The notes below the pieces were generated by a model. It was not told the DNA's origin, did no database searches, and saw only the letters and a program-made list of their open reading frames with translations. Of a DNA stretch of 64,000 bases, positions 1-10,599 are shown piece by piece. The stretch comes from Dehalococcoidia bacterium (GTDB lineage: Bacteria; Chloroflexota; Dehalococcoidia; UBA6926), in contig CAXXET010000004.1 of NCBI GenBank assembly GCA_963666115.2, forward strand, positions 1 to 64,000, read 5' to 3'. How positions within the stretch are numbered: position 1 is the stretch's first letter; each line of letters begins with the position of its first letter. The translations under genes and the position numbers were made by a program.

Positions 1-1993
1 CGCCCCCTCCCACCGCCCGGCCTCAGCAGCAATGATGACTTCACGGTTGAGCCCGCGCCGCACCCCGACGCGCAGGGCGAGGGATTCGGCATGGACGCCG
101 ATGAGATCGATGCGCCGCCGGAGCAGGATCCGCTCGCCATCACGGACGATGCTGAGGACGAAGACGCCTTCTGGAATACCGAACCTGGCACGGAGGTAGA
201 GACACCGAGCGAGGATGCAGTTGTCGAAGACGAACTCGTTCTTGTGGATGATCAGGACGTGGAGGCGACGGTCGACGAGGATGTGGAGGCAGTGGACGAA
301 GAGGAACCAGACGCGGAGGACGAGGAGCAGGCGGTTGCCGCCATCGTTCGCAGCGACCAGGAACTGCTGGACTCCCTCGACCCGTTTGCCGGCCTGCCCA
401 ACGTGAAGTGGACGTTCCCGGGGCTCAGCCTATTTGACGACCAGCCGCCGGCGGAGGTTGACACCGAATCACACCTGGAGACGGCGGAGGCCATCCAGGA
501 AACGCTGCAGGAATACGGCATTGAGGTTGAGGTAACGGAGGTTCGCCCCGGCCCAACCGTCACGCTGTACGGCGTGCGGCCCGGGTGGGACAGGCGCTAC
601 CGAACGGTGCGGGAGCGGAACGAGGAGGGGCAAATCGTCGCGCGGCGGCAGGAAGTGGGGCGCACGCGCGTCAAGGTGGACGCGATATCGAAGCTCGATG
701 ACGACCTTGCGCTCCAGTTGAAGGCCGCCAGCGTCCGCATCGAGCCGATTCCCAGCACAAACCTGGTGGGGCGTCGAGGTGCCGAACGTGTCGCCGGAGA
801 CGGTCTACATGCGCCCGCAGTTGGAGAGCGACGCCTACCGCAAGGCGCGCGGCAAGAGCCTGTTGGCGTTCCCGCTGGGCAAGGGCAGCGGCGGCGAGGC
901 GGTGGTCGCTGACCTGGCGCGGATGCCCCACCTGCTCGTGGCGGGTTCAACGGGCAGCGGAAAGAGCGTCTTCGTCAACAGCCTGATCACAAGCCTCATC
1001 ACGCGCGCCGCGCCGGAGGACCTCCGCTTCGTGATGATCGACCCCAAGCGAGTCGAGTTGACCATCTACAACGGCATTCCGCACCTCATCACGCCCGTCA
1101 TCGTGGACACGCAGAAGGTGGTCAACGCGCTCCAGTGGATGGTGCAGCAGATGGAGGATCGGCTTGAGCAGCTTGCACAGGAGGGCGCGCGCGACATCGC
1201 CTCCTACAACGACAAGGTCAGCAAGAGCAAGCGCATGCCCTATCTCGTCCTCATCGTGGATGAGCTGGCGGACCTGATGATGACGGCGGGCAAGGCCGTC
1301 GAGAACGGCCTGGTGCGGCTGGCCCAGATGGGACGCGCGACGGGCATCCACCTGGTCGTGGCAACGCAGCGTCCGTCCGTGAACGTCATCACCGGACTCA
1401 TCAAGGCGAACTTCCCCACGCGCATCAGCTTCATGGTGACGTCGCTGGTCGATTCACGGACGATCCTGGACGGGTCGGGCGCGGAGAAGCTGCTGGGGCG
1501 CGGCGATATGCTCTACATGCCGCAGGACGCCTCCCGCCCCATCCGCATCCAGAGCGCGTTTATCTCATCGCATGAATCGGACGCCGTCGTCGACGCGTGG
1601 CGCGAGCAGACCGGGGGCTACGTGCCGCCCGAGCTGCCCGACCTGGTTCAGCCGGAGGACATCGGCCTGCAGTCGCGGGGCCGGAACGGCACGACGGAGG
1701 GCGGCGCGGTGGAGCCGAATGGGAACGGCGCGAAGCGCAACGGCGCGGGCGGCGACGACATCATGGAGCAGGCGCGCGAACTGGCCGATATCTACAACGG
1801 CAAGGTCTCGACATCGCTGCTGCAACGGCGGCTGGGCATCGGCTATCCACGAGCGGCGCGGCTGCGCGACAGGCTGGTGGAAGAGGGGCTGGCGGGGGCG
1901 GAGATACCCAACGCGCCGGCGGAGACGGGCGGGCGCGGCACACGGCGAGTACGTGAGGCGGCGGAAGCTGCAGTGGTGGGGGAAGAAGAATAG
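1..1993 (+). CDS. ftsK: DNA translocase FtsK/SpoIIIE, 5'-truncated by the window edge, with an apparent +1 frameshift at ~768-771
   Basis: Frame 1 is open from base 1 and contains the acidic linker and alpha domain (GPTVTLYGVRPG...RVKV..I..L.DDLALQL). Frame 2 (779-1993) has PHLLVAGSTGSGKS, MIDPKRVEL, DELADLMM, ATQRPS, GAEKLLGRGDML and the gamma domain (STSLLQRRLGIGYPRAARL). Removing one G from the G4 run at 768-771 gives the continuous motif LVGVEVPN. Confidence 0.93.
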
Positions 1994-2033
1994 GCGCCCC
2001 CCCTGCCCTGCCCCGCGCTCCCGTTCCGAATCC

Positions 2034-2054
2034 CCCGCGCAGGCGGGAATCCAG
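2034..2054 (+). repeat. Short palindromic repeat family A (consensus GTCATTCCCGCG.A.GCGGGAATCCAG), partial copy
   Basis: CCCGCGCAGGCGGGAATCCAG; related copies at 17865-17890 (reverse) and 22169-22195. Confidence 0.65.
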
Positions 2055-2107
2055 CAGGCCAACGCGGCGAACCGTTGCCATGCACACGTTGGTCTGTATA
2101 GTGGGCA

Positions 2108-3823
2108 GTGACTCGTCATGCGTACTGGATGAGAACGAGAGCCATGCCACACATCGCGCCCAAGACCTCCGTCGGCTTCAGTCTTCTAGCCATGTTCGTC
2201 GCAGGCATCACGCTCGCAACCGCGTGCATCACAATAGAGAGCAACCCGCAGGACACCGAGGCGGATAGCGCCACTGAAGACATGCCTGTGTGTGAAGAAG
2301 GGGGAGGCACAGCCGGGGTCCAAGGCATCTATGGGCCTCCACCCTATCCGACATCGCTAGACTATACAGTCGTGTTTTCAGACGTTATCGTACGGGCGCA
2401 ATTCAGGTCAGCGACGGCCAGAATCTCGGAACGACAAACGGTCGGAGCGTGCGCTGAGTATTGGCCGCTCAACGATTTGACCTTTGACGTCATCGAGTAC
2501 CTGCATGGTTCTGGGGGCGAGCAAATCACCGTGACCGTACTGGGTGATTTTATAATGGGCGACTTGATGGGGGCTAAGGAGAAGGCCGCGGAAGTTGCGG
2601 AATGGCATCTTGCCCGAAGAGATACGCGATGGGATGATCGTGAGGCCATCCTGTTTCTCCAACATTGGGACGTCGGAAACAACGAGCGAGTTCTCACTTT
2701 TGCCCTGAGAAACCGCGCCAACTCCCAATGGGATTACATGGCGGGATCGCTCTCACCCGCATGGTTCCCCCTTGCTGACCCAGCAGTTCCCATTCAGTCG
2801 GATGATGCAACAGGCCAGACTGTCCCAACCTACCTTCAGTTCGGCTATGACCTGGAAAACCCGGAGAGCATCAAGGGAAGATGGTCGACGTTTACGGCTG
2901 CCGAGGTCATCGCCTTGAGCGCAGGAACGGGTGGTGAACAGCGGACAGACAACGATGCAACGCTGCGAAAGGCAACGGAGGCCGAATGTGAATCGATACA
3001 GCGCGCTGAACCGCATGGCGATTACGGACCGGAGACCGCGCCGCGCAGCAGCGTCATTGAACACGATGTACACCTACGATCCGGTCTGCCGGCCGGGTCC
3101 AGTTTCGCGGTGTTTACATTCGAGGAATGGCCCCTGGATGAATATCCGGAGCCATGGGTATATGACACCGATCTCTTTCGCGCGATGATCAGAGATTCTG
3201 ATTCAGACGCGCGGAACGGCTTCCAGGGATGGGCGGCAACCACACGTCCTTTGCCGGGAACGTGGCTATTCGACTTTGATTTTCAATGGGGCGTCCAACA
3301 TCCGTTCCTGACTTCATGCGCCCATAGGCCGCTGTCTTCCTCCGAGACCGTTTCCGTTAGGGTCACAGGTCCACCCGGCACTATCTATGAAGCTTTCTTT
3401 GAGCCGCTCGACTATACGACATTCGTCGGCGTGCCCCTCTGGGAAGAGCTCGTTACCGGCGCATCCGATACGCCCACCGTACTGGGAGGTATCCATTATT
3501 CCTCCGGCACAGTGTGGATGTCATTCGACCGGGAATCTGGTCTCGCTGACAAGGAAGTCGAGTTCATCTTGCCGGACGGCACGGTCAGCCTTCGCTTGCC
3601 ATTCTCGCTGGCCACGGTGGGGCACTCGACCGAGTCTCCGACATTCCATCCAATACACTATTCTTGGAATACTTGCTCTGCTCCGTGGGCAGCAGGGGAT
3701 AAACTCATGGTGCGCATTCGAACAAGTGAAGTCTCCCAGGCAGAGACGCCCCCGCCGTGCTTCGTGGTGGTACCTCCTACGGCAAATTCCGGGTTCTGCA
3801 ACATTTTGAGGGGGGATTGCTAG
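2108..3823 (+). CDS. Hypothetical exported protein, probable lipoprotein
   Basis: 571-aa ORF with a hydrophobic N-terminus ending in a lipobox-like LATAC. Codon usage is visibly less GC-biased than in the flanks. Alternative start ATG 2144. Confidence 0.7.
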   Translation: MTRHAYWMRTRAMPHIAPKTSVGFSLLAMFVAGITLATACITIESNPQDTEADSATEDMPVCEEGGGTAGVQGIYGPPPYPTSLDYTVVFSDVIVRAQFRSATARISERQTVGACAEYWPLNDLTFDVIEYLHGSGGEQITVTVLGDFIMGDLMGAKEKAAEVAEWHLARRDTRWDDREAILFLQHWDVGNNERVLTFALRNRANSQWDYMAGSLSPAWFPLADPAVPIQSDDATGQTVPTYLQFGYDLENPESIKGRWSTFTAAEVIALSAGTGGEQRTDNDATLRKATEAECESIQRAEPHGDYGPETAPRSSVIEHDVHLRSGLPAGSSFAVFTFEEWPLDEYPEPWVYDTDLFRAMIRDSDSDARNGFQGWAATTRPLPGTWLFDFDFQWGVQHPFLTSCAHRPLSSSETVSVRVTGPPGTIYEAFFEPLDYTTFVGVPLWEELVTGASDTPTVLGGIHYSSGTVWMSFDRESGLADKEVEFILPDGTVSLRLPFSLATVGHSTESPTFHPIHYSWNTCSAPWAAGDKLMVRIRTSEVSQAETPPPCFVVVPPTANSGFCNILRGDC

Positions 3824-3971
3824 TCTAAGTGCATGAGCCATAGATGCAGGGCCAGTTGTCGGCGCAGGAATGGGACACGTTCGTTTTATGAGGCATGCGG
3901 ACAGCAGCGCCTGCCCTGATGCGGGACTCAGATGAGGGCGCGGGGTATTCGGAGGGGGCGCGGAGATCGCA

Positions 3972-4388
3972 CTAGGGGTCTCTCAGCAGCGCGGTGAAGC
4001 CTGCCTGCTCAAAGTCCCGGTCGTAGGCCAGCGCCTCCGTGATTCCGCGCTCTCGCATCAGGGCGAAACTGGCGCAATCGGTAAGGCTCCATGATTGATC
4101 CGCGACACGGGCATACATTGCCCCAGCGCTGTTCAACTGCCCGGTGGTTTGCGGCACAAGCAGAAAACCTGGATCATCATTGACGTGCTGCCACAATTGC
4201 CACGCGCGCGATCTGCCCCACGCGCCCTCGCCAGACATATGGTTGAGGACTTCCACCATAACCAGGTGAGATGTCACAATCGTCCGGGTTTCCAGCCGGC
4301 GGCTTGCGGCGATGGCGGCGTCATGCAGGTAGTCGCGGCGTCTAAGCAAGGCAACCCAATAGCCTGTGTCCGCAAAAACCTCGCTCAC
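3972..4388 (-). CDS. vapC: VapC-type PIN-domain toxin
   Basis: VFADTGYW, VMVEVLN, SLTDCASF and ALAYDRDF supply the PIN acidic residues. The start overlaps the upstream small gene by 4 nt. Confidence 0.88.
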   Translation of the reverse strand: MSEVFADTGYWVALLRRRDYLHDAAIAASRRLETRTIVTSHLVMVEVLNHMSGEGAWGRSRAWQLWQHVNDDPGFLLVPQTTGQLNSAGAMYARVADQSWSLTDCASFALMRERGITEALAYDRDFEQAGFTALLRDP

Positions 4389-4624
4389 CTATCGTCTTCT
4401 TTCGGATGACCATAGAGGTAATGCTTGTAATTCTGTGCGCCATCGCGTGGAATCCGGTACTCCCCAGGCTCGGGCGTGTTGCGATGGATAGCTTCGATGA
4501 TCGCCAGGATGGGATGCTCTGTCATTCCATCGACTGCGACGACAACCTCCACGCCCTCTTCAAGCTCCAGAGGCTCCAGCGGCGTCAGGACGCCTTTCTC
4601 GTATCTTGCCCGCACGGTTGCCAT
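4385..4624 (-). CDS. Antitoxin, DUF104/AF2212-like
   Basis: MATVRARYEKGVLTPLEPLELEEGVEV signature and C-terminal AQNYKHYLYG; directly upstream of the PIN toxin. Confidence 0.8.
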   Translation of the reverse strand: MATVRARYEKGVLTPLEPLELEEGVEVVVAVDGMTEHPILAIIEAIHRNTPEPGEYRIPRDGAQNYKHYLYGHPKEDDR

Positions 4625-4656
4625 TACTGACGATTACTCCTCTGTAGATCGGCGTG

Positions 4657-5499
4657 CTAGGACGCGATTTGGGCGGCGGGGGTTACTTCCTGGACGCGGG
4701 TTATCATACCTTCGGCGATTTCGCGGTAGCGCTTTTGGGCCTTCTTGTGCTTGATGACCGCCAGGTCGGGGCCGATGTCGCTGAAGTCTCGTGAGAGTTC
4801 CAGGCGGCCCAGGAACGGGACGGTGAGATCGGCGGCCAGCCTCTCGCCGCCGCCCTTGCCGAAGATGTCGCCGGACATGTTTTCGACCACGCCGAGGATA
4901 TCGATGTTCATCTTCTTGATCATGTTGATGGAGCGCTTGGCGTCCAGCACGGCCAGGTCCTGCGGCGTTGTGACGACGACAAAGCCGTGCAGTTGCAGCG
5001 TCTGCATGATGGTCAGCGGCGCGTCAGACGTGCCGGGCGGGAGGTCTACGACCAGGTACTCAAGATCGCCCCATTCGGTGAGTTCGAGGAACTGGTTGAT
5101 GGCGTTGGTCACCATGGGGCCGCGCCAGATGATGGCCTCGTCCTCGTTCTCCTGGAACGACGCCATGGAGATGGTCTTGACGCCGGCGCGCTGCGGCGGG
5201 TGGAGCGTGCCGTCCACGTAGCGGGGCCGCTCGGTGACGCCCAGCAGCTTGTCAGCGTTCGGGCAGTCGATGTCAGCATCCAGCAGGCCGACGGAATGTC
5301 CCATCTGCGAGAGGGCGACGGCGAGGTTGACGGCCACCGTCGTCTTGCCGACGCCGCCCTTGCCGCTGTAGACGGCGATGCGGTACTGAATCTGGTTCAG
5401 GTGCTCCGCGATCTTCTTGCGGCGCTCCCACGTCTTCATCATGGAACCGAGGCGCGCGCGGGCCTGATCATTCGCTGCGGCGGGCTGACTCTGAATCAC
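4657..5499 (-). CDS. mrp: Mrp/NBP35 (ApbC) Fe-S carrier P-loop ATPase
   Basis: SGKGGVGKTT, DADID, IWRGPM, DLPPGTSD, VVTTPQ and GVVENMS motifs. The usual CxxC after ENMS is absent. Confidence 0.9.
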   Translation of the reverse strand: MIQSQPAAANDQARARLGSMMKTWERRKKIAEHLNQIQYRIAVYSGKGGVGKTTVAVNLAVALSQMGHSVGLLDADIDCPNADKLLGVTERPRYVDGTLHPPQRAGVKTISMASFQENEDEAIIWRGPMVTNAINQFLELTEWGDLEYLVVDLPPGTSDAPLTIMQTLQLHGFVVVTTPQDLAVLDAKRSINMIKKMNIDILGVVENMSGDIFGKGGGERLAADLTVPFLGRLELSRDFSDIGPDLAVIKHKKAQKRYREIAEGMITRVQEVTPAAQIAS

Positions 5500-5559
5500 G
5501 GCGAGAATCTCCTCTGCCTTGTCGGGGCGCTTGTCCCCATTCTAGCGCGTATGCGGGTA

Positions 5560-6579
5560 TCAGTTGGGTATCAGTTCGAGTATCTGCGCGGCGTCTGCCG
5601 GGCTTGCCGATGCCGCCACCTGTATGTCGCCCTGCCTGACCTGGGCGAGCACGACTGCGCCATCGGCCTCGTAACGATAGTAGCGGCCGGTTGGGGATTC
5701 GACCCTGTTCAGGCCGGCTCGCAGGGCTCCGACGTTGAATCCCAACGAGACAAGGGGAGCCGGCACGCCGGTTCGCGCGATGGCAAGGCCGGTGAGGCCG
5801 TGGGCCGCCAACTCCTCGAACGCGGTATTAACGCTCAGTTCGGGGAGTGAGTCGCCGTACACGGCAAAGACCGCGTTGTCCAACTGGAGTGTCTCAAGCA
5901 TCTCCCCGAACTCCGTCAGGTCGATGATGCCCTGCCCCGCGAGCCAGTCAAGAACCTCGTTCATGCGCTGCGGTGGAAGCTGGGTGAATCCGGCGGCGAC
6001 CACCGGCTTTGGCGGCGCTTGCGGCAGGTTGAGGACGCTGCGCCACATTCCCGTTTCGGCAAGCCGCTCATCCGGCACGTAGAGGTTCGTGTTCAGCGCA
6101 ATTCGCATGGACTGCACCTGCGCCCGGTCGCCAAGCACAACCTCCGCGTCACGCCCGTTCCTGTGCGTCCACGTCGACACGCCCGCATCGACGCGGGACA
6201 GCACGTTGTGCGCCGCAATCGCATCGAACTCGCTGCCGAACGAGAAGCGAATGGTCGTAGTAATCGGCTGCTGGTCCGCGCCGGCCGGACTCAGCCAGAG
6301 GGAGATCGAGCGGGCTTCCGCGCGCCAGGGCACAGTCGAGCCGTCCTGCTGACTCAGGCTCGCGCTGACGGCGATGGTGGAATCATCGCCGGGGGGCTTC
6401 ACGTAGATGTAGCCGCCCAGGGGAACCTCCGGCACCCGTTCGCCGAAGCCCTCGGGAACGCCGGGCACGCCGTCAACGGACAGGCGCTCGACGCACCCCG
6501 CCACAGCGACGGCGCTGAGGGTCAGGAGCGCCGCCGGCAGCAGCCGGGCGAGCCGGAGGAGTGTGGGCAGCGCAGGCAT
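5560..6579 (-). CDS. Hypothetical lipoprotein
   Basis: 339-aa ORF with a signal peptide and AVAGC lipobox, 3 nt downstream of uvrB. Confidence 0.7.
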   Translation of the reverse strand: MPALPTLLRLARLLPAALLTLSAVAVAGCVERLSVDGVPGVPEGFGERVPEVPLGGYIYVKPPGDDSTIAVSASLSQQDGSTVPWRAEARSISLWLSPAGADQQPITTTIRFSFGSEFDAIAAHNVLSRVDAGVSTWTHRNGRDAEVVLGDRAQVQSMRIALNTNLYVPDERLAETGMWRSVLNLPQAPPKPVVAAGFTQLPPQRMNEVLDWLAGQGIIDLTEFGEMLETLQLDNAVFAVYGDSLPELSVNTAFEELAAHGLTGLAIARTGVPAPLVSLGFNVGALRAGLNRVESPTGRYYRYEADGAVVLAQVRQGDIQVAASASPADAAQILELIPN

Positions 6580-6582
6580 GGC

Positions 6583-8589
6583 TCACTCGATCATCAACCG
6601 TCGGAGTTCAACCATCTGGTCTCGCAGCGCGGCGGCCTTTTCAAACTCCAGGTTGCGGGCCGCCTGCTTCATCTGCTTCTCAAGCTCTCGCACCGTCGAC
6701 GCGACATTATCCAGAGAAATCTCACCCGGCGCGGCATCGTACACGGCGCGGGATTCCGCCACCTGCCGCACGCGCTCCGTGATGTCATGCACCGCCTTTT
6801 GGATTCCCTGCGGCACAACGCCGTGATCCGTGTTGTAATCCTCCTGCAGGTCGCGGCGCCGGTATGTTTCCTCGATGGCGTTGCGCATGGAATCCGTCAC
6901 GCGGTCGGCATACATGATGACGTGGCCGTTGACGTGGCGGGCCGCGCGTCCGACGGTCTGGATGAGGGACGTTCCCGAGCGCAGATAGCCCTCCTTGTCG
7001 GCATCGAGAATGGCGACGAGGCTGACCTCCGGCAGGTCCAGCCCCTCGCGCAGGAGGTTGATGCCGACAACAACGTCATAGACGCCGAGGCGGAGGTCGC
7101 GCAGTATCTCGCTGCGTTCCAGCGTCTTAACGTCCGCGTGGATGTAATGCGTCTTGACGCCCATTTCCTGGAGGTAGTCGGCAAGCTGCTCGGCCATGCG
7201 CTTGGTCAGCGTTGTCACGAGGGCGCGCTCGCCGCGGTCCACCCGCTCCTTGATCTGGGCGAGCAGATCGTCCACCTGCCCCCGCGTGGGTTTGACTTCC
7301 ACGGTTGGGTCCAGGAGTCCCGTTGGGCGGATGACCTGCTCAACGATGCTGTTGCTGACCTCAAGCTCATAGGGGCCGGGCGTGGCGGACACGAAGACGA
7401 TCTGCCCGAAAAGCTGCTCAAACTCCGTGTAGTTGAGGGGGCGGTTGTCCAGCGCAGACGGCAGGCGGAAACCGTAATCGACGAGCACCTGCTTGCGGGC
7501 CACGTCACCGTGGAACATGCCGCGCAACTGCGGGATGGTCATGTGCGACTCATCGATGAAGATCAGGTAGTCCTTGGGAAAGTAGTCGAGGAGCGTCCAG
7601 GGGCGGCTCTTGGCTTCGCGGCGTTGCAGATGGCGCGAGTAGTTCTCGACACCCGAGCAGTAGCCCGCCTCGCGCAGCATCTCCAGATCGTAGCGGGTGC
7701 GCTGTTCAAGGCGCTGCGCCTCAACCAGCTTGTCCTGCTCCCGGAACCATGTAACGCGCTCGTGCAGCTCCTCCTCGATGTCAACGATGGCGGAGCGCAG
7801 CTTCTCTTCGCCGGTCACCCAGTGCTTGGCGGGATAGACGGCCACCTTTTGGCGTTCGCCCAATACCTGCCCTGTCGTCGTATCGACGGTGACGATCCGC
7901 TCGATCTCATCGCCGAAAAACTCAATGCGGACAGCGGTCTCCTCGTAGGCGGGCTGTAGTTCAATCGTGTCGCCGTTGACGCGGAATCGCCCGCGCGTGA
8001 AATCAAAGTCGTTTCGCGCGTACTGCATGTCGATGAGGCGGCGAATGACATCATCGCGCCGCTGCCGCGTTCCGCGCTCCAACATGAGGATGAACGCGGC
8101 GTACTCATCCGGCGCGCCGAGGCCGTAGATGCATGAGACGGAGGCGACGATCAGCGTATCGCGGCGCTCCCACAGCGCCTTCGTGGCGGCGTGGCGCAGC
8201 CGGTCGATCTCATCGTTGATCTGGGCGTCCTTTTCGATGTAGGTGTCCGAACGTGGGACGTACGCCTCCGGTTGGTAATAGTCGTAGTACGAAACGAAGT
8301 ACTCGACGGCGTTGTTGGGGAAGAAGTCGCGGAATTCCATCGCCAACTGCGCGGCGAGAGTCTTGTTGTGGGCGATGACGAGAGCGGGACGCTGGGACTG
8401 GGCGATGATGTTGGCCATCGTGAACGTCTTGCCGCTGCCGGTGACGCCCTTGAGCGTCTGGTAGCGGCGGCCGTCTCCAAGCCCGTCCACAATTGTGCCG
8501 ACAGCGGCAGGCTGGTCGCCCATCATGCCGAACGGGGACTCAAGCCGAAACTGCTGCTCTGCCGCCGGGTATTCTGCAATCGCCATCAT
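6583..8589 (-). CDS. uvrB: Excinuclease ABC subunit B
   Basis: [58 protein letters not shown] and C-terminal FEKAAALRD. Confidence 0.98.
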   Translation of the reverse strand: MMAIAEYPAAEQQFRLESPFGMMGDQPAAVGTIVDGLGDGRRYQTLKGVTGSGKTFTMANIIAQSQRPALVIAHNKTLAAQLAMEFRDFFPNNAVEYFVSYYDYYQPEAYVPRSDTYIEKDAQINDEIDRLRHAATKALWERRDTLIVASVSCIYGLGAPDEYAAFILMLERGTRQRRDDVIRRLIDMQYARNDFDFTRGRFRVNGDTIELQPAYEETAVRIEFFGDEIERIVTVDTTTGQVLGERQKVAVYPAKHWVTGEEKLRSAIVDIEEELHERVTWFREQDKLVEAQRLEQRTRYDLEMLREAGYCSGVENYSRHLQRREAKSRPWTLLDYFPKDYLIFIDESHMTIPQLRGMFHGDVARKQVLVDYGFRLPSALDNRPLNYTEFEQLFGQIVFVSATPGPYELEVSNSIVEQVIRPTGLLDPTVEVKPTRGQVDDLLAQIKERVDRGERALVTTLTKRMAEQLADYLQEMGVKTHYIHADVKTLERSEILRDLRLGVYDVVVGINLLREGLDLPEVSLVAILDADKEGYLRSGTSLIQTVGRAARHVNGHVIMYADRVTDSMRNAIEETYRRRDLQEDYNTDHGVVPQGIQKAVHDITERVRQVAESRAVYDAAPGEISLDNVASTVRELEKQMKQAARNLEFEKAAALRDQMVELRRLMIE

Positions 8590-8667
8590 CTGATCCTGAT
8601 TCCGGGCTCCGCACGCGCGCCCAACACCATAGTATAACTAGGGTTTGAACTGAGAGTCTCGCAATCT

Positions 8668-9096
8668 TTACGATTGGCGAGCGTGTTCCTTCAGCGCCCG
8701 CAGGAACTCCTCGGAGGTCACGAACTCAACGCCGCCGTATCCCCACATCCGCAGCACCTCGCGATCCGCCGTGACAAGGTAGCGCGCGCCGCCTGCGTGG
8801 GCAGCCTCAACGAGGCGGCGGTCTCCCGCGTCTTTCAGCGTCAACTCGGCGAGAATGGGCGCCTCAACAAAGACCGAGCGGCGTCGCAGTTCCGCCAACA
8901 GGTTGTCCCGCTCCTCACTGCTGCTGAGCCGTTCGACCCACCGAGACCCGACGACCAGTTCCGCCTCGCGCAGGGTGGCTTTTGAGGCCACGTGCTCAAA
9001 GCGGCCCTTGCGCCATTGGTCAAGAATGCGGCTTGCGGCGCCGCCGCGCTTTGCGAGCGCGCTGACGAGGAGATTGGTGTCGATGATGACGCGCAC
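8668..9096 (-). CDS. PIN-family putative toxin (PIN_3-like)
   Basis: MRVIIDTNLLVSAL, D.GDRRLVEAA..GGARYLVTADR and VTSEEFL. Confidence 0.82.
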   Translation of the reverse strand: MRVIIDTNLLVSALAKRGGAASRILDQWRKGRFEHVASKATLREAELVVGSRWVERLSSSEERDNLLAELRRRSVFVEAPILAELTLKDAGDRRLVEAAHAGGARYLVTADREVLRMWGYGGVEFVTSEEFLRALKEHARQS

Positions 9097-9100
9097 GGGC

Positions 9101-9553
9101 TTACCGCCCCGGCTTGGGAACCATGATGCGCGTGATGGCCCATCTCACCATGAGCAGGGGGGTGATGATGGCGGCGATGATGGGCCCGCGATCGACGTCC
9201 GGCAGCTGCTCATCAACGTTGATTGCGGCGTAGATGCTCACGACGATGAGGATGATTTCCATCATGAGCTCGCGGTTGCCGGGGCGCTTGAGGAGGCCGG
9301 CGTTCCAGAAGGAGATTTCGCGGAAGGCCGCGAGTAGGCTTGCGCCGATGGCAATGGCAATCAGTATCCACGCGATCATCGTGAACGACGGTAGCAGCAG
9401 GCCGATGACGTGAAGGTTGAGGAGGACTGCCATGAGGCCGATGACGGCCCACCAGGGATTGGACGTGGCCATGCCATACCGCCCGCCCGTGTAGAGAACC
9501 CACGCGCACAGCAGGCTTATCAAGGCCAGGAGGACGAAAAAGCTCTCAAGCAT
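9101..9553 (-). CDS. Hypothetical integral membrane protein (4-5 TM)
   Basis: 150-aa strongly hydrophobic ORF, tightly packed between ruvA and the PIN gene. Confidence 0.7.
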   Translation of the reverse strand: MLESFFVLLALISLLCAWVLYTGGRYGMATSNPWWAVIGLMAVLLNLHVIGLLLPSFTMIAWILIAIAIGASLLAAFREISFWNAGLLKRPGNRELMMEIILIVVSIYAAINVDEQLPDVDRGPIIAAIITPLLMVRWAITRIMVPKPGR

Positions 9554-9559
9554 GTGTCT

Positions 9560-10174
9560 CTATGCTCCGCCCTCGCTGAGGGTTGCCAGGGCCAGCCGGA
9601 CGCGCTCGTCCAACGGCTGCGGCTCCTCTGACTCCGGGTTGACGACCGCCGAGACGGCCAGTCGAATCTCCTGCGCGGTGTAGCCCAATGATTGCAGCAC
9701 GGCGGTCAGTTCGGCGTCCAGGACGGTGGGCGCGCGGGTTGGGGCGGCGGTGAGTCCGGCAAGATCCAGTTCGTCCAGCTTGCCCTTGAGTTCCACGATG
9801 ACGCGGGACGCGCTGCGCTTGCCGACGCCGGGGGCGCGCGCCAATGAGGCAGCATCCCCCTGCTCTATCGCCTCCACCAGGTCTGCGGGCGTCAAGACAG
9901 ACAGGATGACCAGTCCGAGGCGCGGGCCGATGCCGGAGACGCCGAGCAGGGCGTTGAACGCCGTCTTTTCCTCGGCGCTGCGGAACCCGTAGAGCGTGAT
10001 GTTCTCATCCCGGACGATGAGATGGGTGAAGAGGCGGACGGGGGCGCCGATGGGGCCGAGATCGGATATGGCGGATGAGGGAACCTGGGCGCGAACGCTG
10101 ACGCCGCCGATAGCGACGTCAACCCAATCCTCGCCGCGCGCCTCAAGAAGACCCTGAATACTGGAGATCATCAC
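9560..10174 (-). CDS. ruvA: Holliday junction branch migration protein RuvA
   Basis: LFTHLIVRDE.ITLYGF, GVSGIGPRLG, APGVGKRSASRVIVELKGK and C-terminal L.SLGY. Confidence 0.96.
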   Translation of the reverse strand: MMISSIQGLLEARGEDWVDVAIGGVSVRAQVPSSAISDLGPIGAPVRLFTHLIVRDENITLYGFRSAEEKTAFNALLGVSGIGPRLGLVILSVLTPADLVEAIEQGDAASLARAPGVGKRSASRVIVELKGKLDELDLAGLTAAPTRAPTVLDAELTAVLQSLGYTAQEIRLAVSAVVNPESEEPQPLDERVRLALATLSEGGA

Positions 10175-10209
10175 TCACAGCGTAGCAGAGCGGGCGGTTA
10201 GATGGGACG

Positions 10210-10572
10210 CTATTCTGCGATCAGCAGCACCCTCATCTTGCCGACGAATTCGGAGACCTCATCGAGGCTTTTCCTGACTTCGTCTCCATCCAGGACTCCC
10301 TCATAGAAGTTGAAGTGCAGGTGTCCTGCCGTTCTAAACAGGTCCATGAGATCGTCTATGCCATACTCGGCTCTCACATGACGAACGACCGCGTAGAGCT
10401 CGACATGGCCACCGTGGTCAAGTCCGCGCTCTTCGGCGACGGCCTTTACGATCTGGGCAGCCGCGCCCCATCCCTTCTCCGAAGCCTGATGCGAGTCGTC
10501 TCGCTCCAGTTCTTCGTAGGCCTGCCGGAGGAAGATTCGGCTCTGTTCTGCGTATCTGTTTGCGACAACCAT
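10210..10572 (-). CDS. PaREP1-family (HEPN-like) protein
   Basis: FLRQAYEEL..D..QASEKGWGAAAQIVKAVA and LHFNFYE signatures. Confidence 0.8.
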   Translation of the reverse strand: MVVANRYAEQSRIFLRQAYEELERDDSHQASEKGWGAAAQIVKAVAEERGLDHGGHVELYAVVRHVRAEYGIDDLMDLFRTAGHLHFNFYEGVLDGDEVRKSLDEVSEFVGKMRVLLIAE

Positions 10573-10599
10573 GTATCTATCCTACACGGATTCGCGGGC

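Noticed and set aside
6019-7959. 646-aa plus-strand ORF
   Set aside because: Antisense shadow of uvrB caused by high GC3; no motifs.
8647-8658. Possible LexA box upstream of uvrB (GAACTGAGAGTC)
   Set aside because: Two mismatches to GAAC-N4-GTTC; too weak to call.
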